Source: an uncultured virus (IMG/VR IMGVR_UViG_3300028048_000127)
Taxonomy: Duplodnaviria > Heunggongvirae > Uroviricota > Caudoviricetes
DNA: 20,000 nucleotides
Direction: 5' to 3' (one strand)
IMG/VR virus record: IMGVR_UViG_3300028048_000127
A program made the translations under genes and the position numbers. Shown here in pieces: positions 15,916 to 20,000 of this stretch (the stretch's first letter is position 1; each line of letters opens with the position of its first letter). The notes under the pieces are model-generated. The model made no database searches and was not told the origin of the DNA. It saw only the letters and a program-made list of their open reading frames with translations.

Positions 15916-16653
15916 TTAAAGAATTGTTGATAGGGTTAAGCAATTCGCTCCTTCGTTAATTAAATCGTTGGCTACATTTTCTTCATCATCAATGCTTGGG
16001 ACAACGAAGATTTCTTTTCCGTTCATCAATGCGAAGTTTGCAAGGACTGCACTTCCGCTTCTTTTTAATAAATCCATAAAACAGACTTGATTTGCTAATC
16101 CACTGATAATTCTATTTCTCATAGGGAAGTTATCAGTTTGTGGTAATTCATTAAATGGGTATTCACTAATGATTAAACCTTTTTGTGCGACTTCCTCATA
16201 GAGTTTTTGGTTTTGTTCAGGATAGCAATAATCAATACCGCTTCCTAACACTACGATAGGGCTAATTCCGTTTTTAAGGGCTGTTTTAAGGGCTATTGTG
16301 TTAACTCCTAACGAGATACCTGTAATGATAGTTTTGCTCTTTTGGTTGGCTACAAACTTTTCAGCAAATCTTTTAATGCTTTCTTTCGGTTTGCGACTTC
16401 CTGCTACCGCAACGATATTGTCTTTATTCAATAATTCTTTATTTCCTTTATAGAATAAGACAAAAGGTGGTTTTACGATTTCCTTTAAGCAATTAGGGTA
16501 TTCATCATCTAATAAGGTAATTGCTTCTACATTTTCGGCTTTTGCTAATTCTTCTTCGGTCGGTTCGGTTTTGTTCACAATATCTTGATAGAAACCTCCC
16601 CAATCTCCTTTGTGTTTTATTGCTAATGCAATAAGAATTTGTCTTGCTCTCAT
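15916..16653 (-). CDS. dprA: DNA processing protein DprA/Smf (start revised to ATG 16653)
   Basis: YPNCLKEIVKPPFVLFYKGN, VAVAGSR, VVLGSGID..YP, ISEYP, FPMRNRIISGL, SGS, LINEGA motifs; SD AAGGAGG. Confidence 0.93.
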   Translation of the reverse strand: MRARQILIALAIKHKGDWGGFYQDIVNKTEPTEEELAKAENVEAITLLDDEYPNCLKEIVKPPFVLFYKGNKELLNKDNIVAVAGSRKPKESIKRFAEKFVANQKSKTIITGISLGVNTIALKTALKNGISPIVVLGSGIDYCYPEQNQKLYEEVAQKGLIISEYPFNELPQTDNFPMRNRIISGLANQVCFMDLLKRSGSAVLANFALMNGKEIFVVPSIDDEENVANDLINEGANCLTLSTIL

Positions 16654-16660
16654 AACATTT

Positions 16661-16794
16661 TCCTCCTTTTTGAGCAACAACATTATAACATAACGATTAT
16701 ATGTAGGTCAAGTTTCGCAGACCGCATTTCCTCTAAGCCGTGCTTATAGAATCCGATCGAAAAGAAAAGCACTCTTGCGAGTGCCTTTATTTTT
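16661..16794 (-). promoter_or_regulatory. Cassette spacer 7
   Basis: Hairpin GCACTC-TTGC-GAGTGC; heptamer 16738; TTGACC-18-TGnTATAAT (16711-16682). Confidence 0.82.
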
Positions 16795-16805
16795 ACTTTG
16801 TCTTA

Positions 16806-17147
16806 TTAGATGTTGCTACGGACTTCGAGGTAATAGACATAGTCTTCGGTGACTTCTTCACTTCCTACGAATTCACCTGTTTTTTCACTATATTTTGGTT
16901 CTTCTTTTGTAACGGGCATAGTGAATGTAACATAACTAACTTTTTCGTTTAATTCGGTATAACCTTTTGAGTCGGTGACTTTGCCTTTGAAGTCTTTGTT
17001 CTTTTTAAGGACTTCGGCAATGTCTTTTGCTTCTCCTGTTGCTTGAGCAACTCTAATGTCGCATAACGCGAGTTTTCCTAATTTTTCAAAGAATTTACCA
17101 CCAAATTCTTCGTTGCCGTTAAAGGCATTTACAAACTTAATTCTCAT
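16806..17147 (-). CDS. Hypothetical protein
   Basis: SD AAAGGA; own promoter and terminator. Confidence 0.8.
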   Translation of the reverse strand: MRIKFVNAFNGNEEFGGKFFEKLGKLALCDIRVAQATGEAKDIAEVLKKNKDFKGKVTDSKGYTELNEKVSYVTFTMPVTKEEPKYSEKTGEFVGSEEVTEDYVYYLEVRSNI

Positions 17148-17156
17148 TTACTTTTC

Positions 17157-17318
17157 TTCCTTTCTATCATTATAGATATTGAGGTCGTAGGTGTTTGTTC
17201 CCTATCGACACATATATAATATCATATACAACATAACGAGTCAAGTTTGACCGAAACGCATCGTTTGATCAAGCACGGTAACGAGGCGTAAAGAAAACGG
17301 GTCTTGCCGACCCGCTTT
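17157..17318 (-). promoter_or_regulatory. Cassette spacer 8
   Basis: Hairpin CGGGTC/GACCCG; heptamer (rc) 17272; TTGACT-17-TGnTATTAT (17244-17216); leader hairpin 17184-17209. Confidence 0.82.
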
Positions 17319-17323
17319 GATTA

Positions 17324-17794
17324 TTACCAACTCGCTTCGTAATAACAATCCCAATGTCGTGGATTGTCTTTTAGGAATTTTATTACATGAGTTAGTATAT
17401 CGACAGTATATTTTAAATCATCGAAATACCAATTATCGTATTCCTGTGAGCCGAAGAAAAAGCCTTCGCTTGTTTCTAATAGTTCGCTTGCTTTAGAGTG
17501 GTCTTTTAAGACTTCTTCACATAAAGAATTTAATTTCTCTAAATCTTCTAAACTAATGTAAACAGGTTTGCAGTCATCTTCACCTTCAGCGCAGTTTTCA
17601 ACTATCCAATGGTGAATAGCGTTAGCCTTTCTCCAATAACCGACTTGATATTTTTCGGTTTTGGATAAGAAGTTCCTCTTTTGATGAAATTCTTGAATAT
17701 CCTTTAATTCAGGTGGATAGAAACCTGTAGTGTCCTCACTCGTAGGAAACTTTGATGAATAATGTTCTAAATAAAGATACATATCTAACCCCAT
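17324..17794 (-). CDS. Conserved phage protein (MGLDMYL...YWRKANAIH...GFFFG...YYEASW family)
   Basis: Recognisable motif pattern of a common phage hypothetical family; SD AAGGAGG. Confidence 0.85.
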   Translation of the reverse strand: MGLDMYLYLEHYSSKFPTSEDTTGFYPPELKDIQEFHQKRNFLSKTEKYQVGYWRKANAIHHWIVENCAEGEDDCKPVYISLEDLEKLNSLCEEVLKDHSKASELLETSEGFFFGSQEYDNWYFDDLKYTVDILTHVIKFLKDNPRHWDCYYEASW

Positions 17795-17803
17795 AGTGCA
17801 TCT

Positions 17804-17930
17804 TCCTCCTTTTGTAATAATATAATATCATATACGATATATGAGGTCAAGTTTGATGACCGCTCCGATGCGAGCCGTGCTGTCCTGATGAGGATATAAA
17901 AAAAGAGGGACTTTTCTTTTTCCCTCTTTT
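17804..17930 (-). promoter_or_regulatory. Cassette spacer 9
   Basis: Hairpin AAAAAGAGGGA/TCCCTCTTTTT; heptamer 17875; TTGACC-17-TGnTATTAT (17850-17822). Confidence 0.85.
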
Positions 17931-17938
17931 ATTAATTA

Positions 17939-18361
17939 TTAGTCGTGGCAGTCGATAAATGCGATAACACCTTTTATTTGTTTGGTATTAATCTTCTTTA
18001 ACAAGATGTGGTATTTTTCATCATCACTGGTGTAGATACGACTTCTAGTAGCGATAGCATAGATGATACTTTCATCTAAAGGTTTTGTAATGTCCTTAAT
18101 TTCCGCAATAGCGTAGTTGTTTTTAGACACTCTCTTTTCATCTCTGTTGCAGAAACTACGACTTCCTAATAAGCCTCTTTTCGCTACGATAGGTTCAGCC
18201 CAACGACCTCCGATTTGGAACCAATCACACCAGTATTGATACATAGGGTGTGTTTCTCCACAGCAATAACAGAAGCGTTCACCGAAATCGCTTTCGATAT
18301 AATCTTCGCTGACATTGTCGAGTTCTTCACCCTTCATTAAATATAATGTTGTAAAGTGCAT
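17939..18361 (-). CDS. Conserved phage protein (MHF...WCDWFQIGGRW family)
   Basis: SD AAGGAGG; W.DW..IGGRW motif. Confidence 0.83.
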   Translation of the reverse strand: MHFTTLYLMKGEELDNVSEDYIESDFGERFCYCCGETHPMYQYWCDWFQIGGRWAEPIVAKRGLLGSRSFCNRDEKRVSKNNYAIAEIKDITKPLDESIIYAIATRSRIYTSDDEKYHILLKKINTKQIKGVIAFIDCHD

Positions 18362-18369
18362 TTTCTTTA

Positions 18370-18472
18370 CCTCCTTTGTGTAGATATTATAACATATATG
18401 TTAATAGTTGCAAGTTTGAGTTATGCTATCATATAAATTTTGATTGCCAAGCACGGTAGGATATGCTATATT
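18370..18472. promoter_or_regulatory. Divergent promoters with the heptamer inside the RHH gene promoter
   Basis: Minus strand: TTGCAA-16-TGnTATAAT (18413-18386). Plus strand: TTGCCA (18444-18449)-17-TGcTATATT (18467-18472), with AGCACGG at 18450-18456 as the first 7 bp of the spacer. Confidence 0.8.
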
Positions 18473-18492
18473 AGATTCAGGAGGATTCCAAT

Positions 18493-18672
18493 ATGGCTTC
18501 ACCAAAGAAAATTGAATACATTAACAAATATAATAGGGAATCGTATCGACAAATAATGTTGCACATTAGCAAAAAGAATGAAGCCGATATGATTGAGTTC
18601 TTGGATTCTAAGGACAGTAAGAACGGTTACATCAAAGATCTGATCCGCAGCGATATGAACCGTGCTAAATAA
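18493..18672 (+). CDS. Ribbon-helix-helix (Arc/MetJ/CopG-like) DNA-binding protein, 59 aa, not in ORF track: MASPKKIEYINKYNRESYRQIMLHISKKNEADMIEFLDSKDSKNGYIKDLIRSDMNRAK
   Basis: Hand-translated; SD AGGAGG; beta-strand RQIMLHIS, helix EADMIEFLDS, helix KNGYIKDLIRSDM; own promoter and a bidirectional terminator. Confidence 0.82.
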   Translation: MASPKKIEYINKYNRESYRQIMLHISKKNEADMIEFLDSKDSKNGYIKDLIRSDMNRAK

Positions 18673-18680
18673 CAGCGGAT

Positions 18681-18712
18681 AAAAAAAGAAGCTCATCGCT
18701 GGGCTTCTTTTT
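18681..18712. terminator. Bidirectional terminator
   Basis: AAAAAAAGAAGCTCA-TCGC-TGGGCTTCTTTTT between convergent genes. Confidence 0.85.
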
Positions 18713-18741
18713 GTTTTGCTTAGTGATAAGTTCGAGCTATT

Positions 18742-19017
18742 TTAGCGTTTTCCTTCTATTTCTACTTCTCCAAACTTTAATGGGTGAAAAGGGCAAACTA
18801 GATTATCGTTTAGAATATTTAATTTGATATGTAAAGTTGCAAAACCTACAAAATAAACATAACTTTGAAAGCCACTGTCTTTTGTTTCGATTACTTCTAA
18901 ATCTAAATAATTTGGTAGTTTCTCAATGGCCGCCCAATTCAATTCTCGTCCTGTTTTATCAAACAAAACAAATCTGTTTGAGTGGATATTGAAGTTTTTT
19001 AATTCTTTTAATTTCAT
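18742..19017 (-). CDS. Hypothetical protein
   Basis: SD AGGAGG; own promoter. Confidence 0.8.
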   Translation of the reverse strand: MKLKELKNFNIHSNRFVLFDKTGRELNWAAIEKLPNYLDLEVIETKDSGFQSYVYFVGFATLHIKLNILNDNLVCPFHPLKFGEVEIEGKR

Positions 19018-19024
19018 TATTTCT

Positions 19025-19250
19025 TCCTCCTATTTACAAATATATTATATCATATATATTATTGCAAAGCAAGTTTTCCCAGAGCTAACCGTTCCAGCTT
19101 GCATTAGCACGGTTCGGCGACGATCCGCATCAGGGGTGTACGCTTCGTTCCTGACCAGATCGTTACGAGCTGGGCTGATCTGTTGCCGTGCTATTCTGGA
19201 GCGATCAGGAGTGGATATAAAAAAATCCCTGCATTTCTGCAAGGATATTT
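19025..19250 (-). promoter_or_regulatory. Cassette spacer 11 (long, GC-rich, inverted heptamer pair)
   Basis: Hairpin about 19218-19250; AGCACGG 19106 and CCGTGCT 19186; TTGCTT-17-TGnTATAAT (19072-19044). Confidence 0.8.
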
Positions 19251-19265
19251 AGGTTTTGCAACGAT

Positions 19266-19661
19266 TTATTCAAAGTCGTCAGGTTCTATTTCGTCCGCTA
19301 ATGCTTCTGGGTGTTGCCAATCCACCATTTCAAACAGACAATCAGCAAATTGTTTATTTCCTTCAGCGATACGTAAGAAGTCGCTACGATGATAACCATT
19401 GAGTGCTTGGAACTTGTTGTCTTCGATACCATTAGCCACCATTGCTTTCTCTTCTAATTCGAACGGATTGTCTTCGTTATCAAAGTCGTATTCAGGAATA
19501 TAACATACGCCTTTGCCTGTACGATACGCTTCGTAATCTTTGTAGATGACACCTTGAGTATCGTATTCACCAACGTAGATTATCTTGATGAGACGACCGC
19601 CATTGAAAACGGACACCTTCCAACCAACGTCTTTATGTTCTACTTTAATTTCATTCGCCAT
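19266..19661 (-). CDS. Acidic hypothetical protein (LFEMVDWQHPE motif)
   Basis: Overlaps the upstream small ORF; followed by a terminator. Confidence 0.8.
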   Translation of the reverse strand: MANEIKVEHKDVGWKVSVFNGGRLIKIIYVGEYDTQGVIYKDYEAYRTGKGVCYIPEYDFDNEDNPFELEEKAMVANGIEDNKFQALNGYHRSDFLRIAEGNKQFADCLFEMVDWQHPEALADEIEPDDFE

Positions 19662-19827
19662 ATTCTACATACCTATATTGTGAACAAGTATCACACACTG
19701 TTGATAAGACAAGCACCTTTTGTGAGAAACGACACTTGTTTACAAATACTCTTGCCTTTCTTAAATCGTCAAATTTTTTAACAAAGGTTTGTCCTGTTGC
19801 ATAAACATATAATTGAACTTCACACAT
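19651..19827 (-). CDS. Small Cys-containing protein (58 aa, not in ORF track): MCEVQLYVYATGQTFVKKFDDLRKARVFVNKCRFSQKVLVLSTVCDTCSQYRYVEYGE
   Basis: Hand-translated; SD AGGAGG; CxxC; first gene after promoter 19850-19877. Confidence 0.75.
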   Translation of the reverse strand: MCEVQLYVYATGQTFVKKFDDLRKARVFVNKCRFSQKVLVLSTVCDTCSQYRYVEYGE

Positions 19828-19834
19828 AACCTTT

Positions 19835-19967
19835 TCCTCCTACGCTTACATTATACCATATCGGTAATATAACGCAAGTCCGCTCCAGACCTCCAGCTCA
19901 AGCACGGATCGGCGGACGCTGGATTAACGGGTGTAAAAAAAGAGAGGACTGTTTGTGCCCTCTCTTT
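19835..19967 (-). promoter_or_regulatory. Cassette spacer 12
   Basis: Hairpin AAAGAGAGG/CCTCTCTTT; heptamer (rc) 19901; TTGCGT-16-TGnTATAAT (19877-19850). Confidence 0.82.
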
Positions 19968-20000
19968 CGGTAAATCAATTAGTCTGCCTAACCTAGAGAC

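Larger units (their letters stand above)
8840..19907. repeat. Dispersed heptamer CCGTGCT/AGCACGG (18 exact copies + 1 variant)
   Basis: CCGTGCT starts at 8840, 9274, 11389, 11513, 12048, 12969, 13650, 14637, 15856, 16738, 17875, 18660, 19186; AGCACGG at 14194, 17272, 18450, 19106, 19901; GGCACGG at 15428. None found by eye in 1-8800. Confidence 0.92.

Noticed and set aside
18499..18696. Minus-strand 65-aa ORF in the track
   Set aside because: Starts inside a terminator with no SD; it is the shadow of the + strand RHH gene.
18926..19392. ORFs 18926..19252 (+), 19045..19242 (-) and 19183..19392 (+)
   Set aside because: No SD; they cross promoters and terminators and are open only because the spacer is GC-rich.
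11253..19781. ORFs 11253..11444, 11698..11883, 12936..13265, 16740..16952 and 19554..19781
   Set aside because: Alternative-frame or antisense shadows of supported genes.
11513..19967. CRISPR array or classical integron
   Set aside because: The shared repeat is only 7-9 bp and separated by whole genes; no cas gene, integrase or attC-type GTTRRRY/RYYYAAC arms are visible, and cassettes carry their own promoters.

Overview
AT-rich segment of a tailed phage or prophage using genetic code 11. The host is probably a low-GC Bacillota/Bacilli lineage, inferred from SigA-type promoters, strong SD sites and a Mollicutes/Erysipelotrichia-style DprA N-terminus. 1-572: 3' part of a large, highly structured ncRNA (GOLLD/ROOL-like) with an embedded atypical tRNA-Arg(UCU). 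627-6997 (+): accessory genes, including an Rnl2-type RNA ligase, SAM methyltransferase, DedA/VTT membrane protein, lipoprotein, ParB/Srx-domain protein, small membrane proteins and a paralog pair. About 7000-7540: non-coding region with inverted iteron-like repeats around a cruciform (ori or pac candidate). 7573-11512 (+): TerS-like gene, unknown gene, portal and minor capsid protein. 11533-20000 (-): array of 12 stand-alone transcription cassettes (promoter-SD-ORF-terminator), including DprA and many small acidic proteins. Every inter-cassette spacer carries the heptamer CCGTGCT (or one 1-mismatch variant) in either orientation. The only + strand gene in the array is an unannotated 59-aa ribbon-helix-helix protein (18493-18672) with that heptamer inside its own promoter and at its 3' end. 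This RHH + heptamer + cassette array is the best candidate for an undescribed system. All counts and calls were made by eye; no searches were run.
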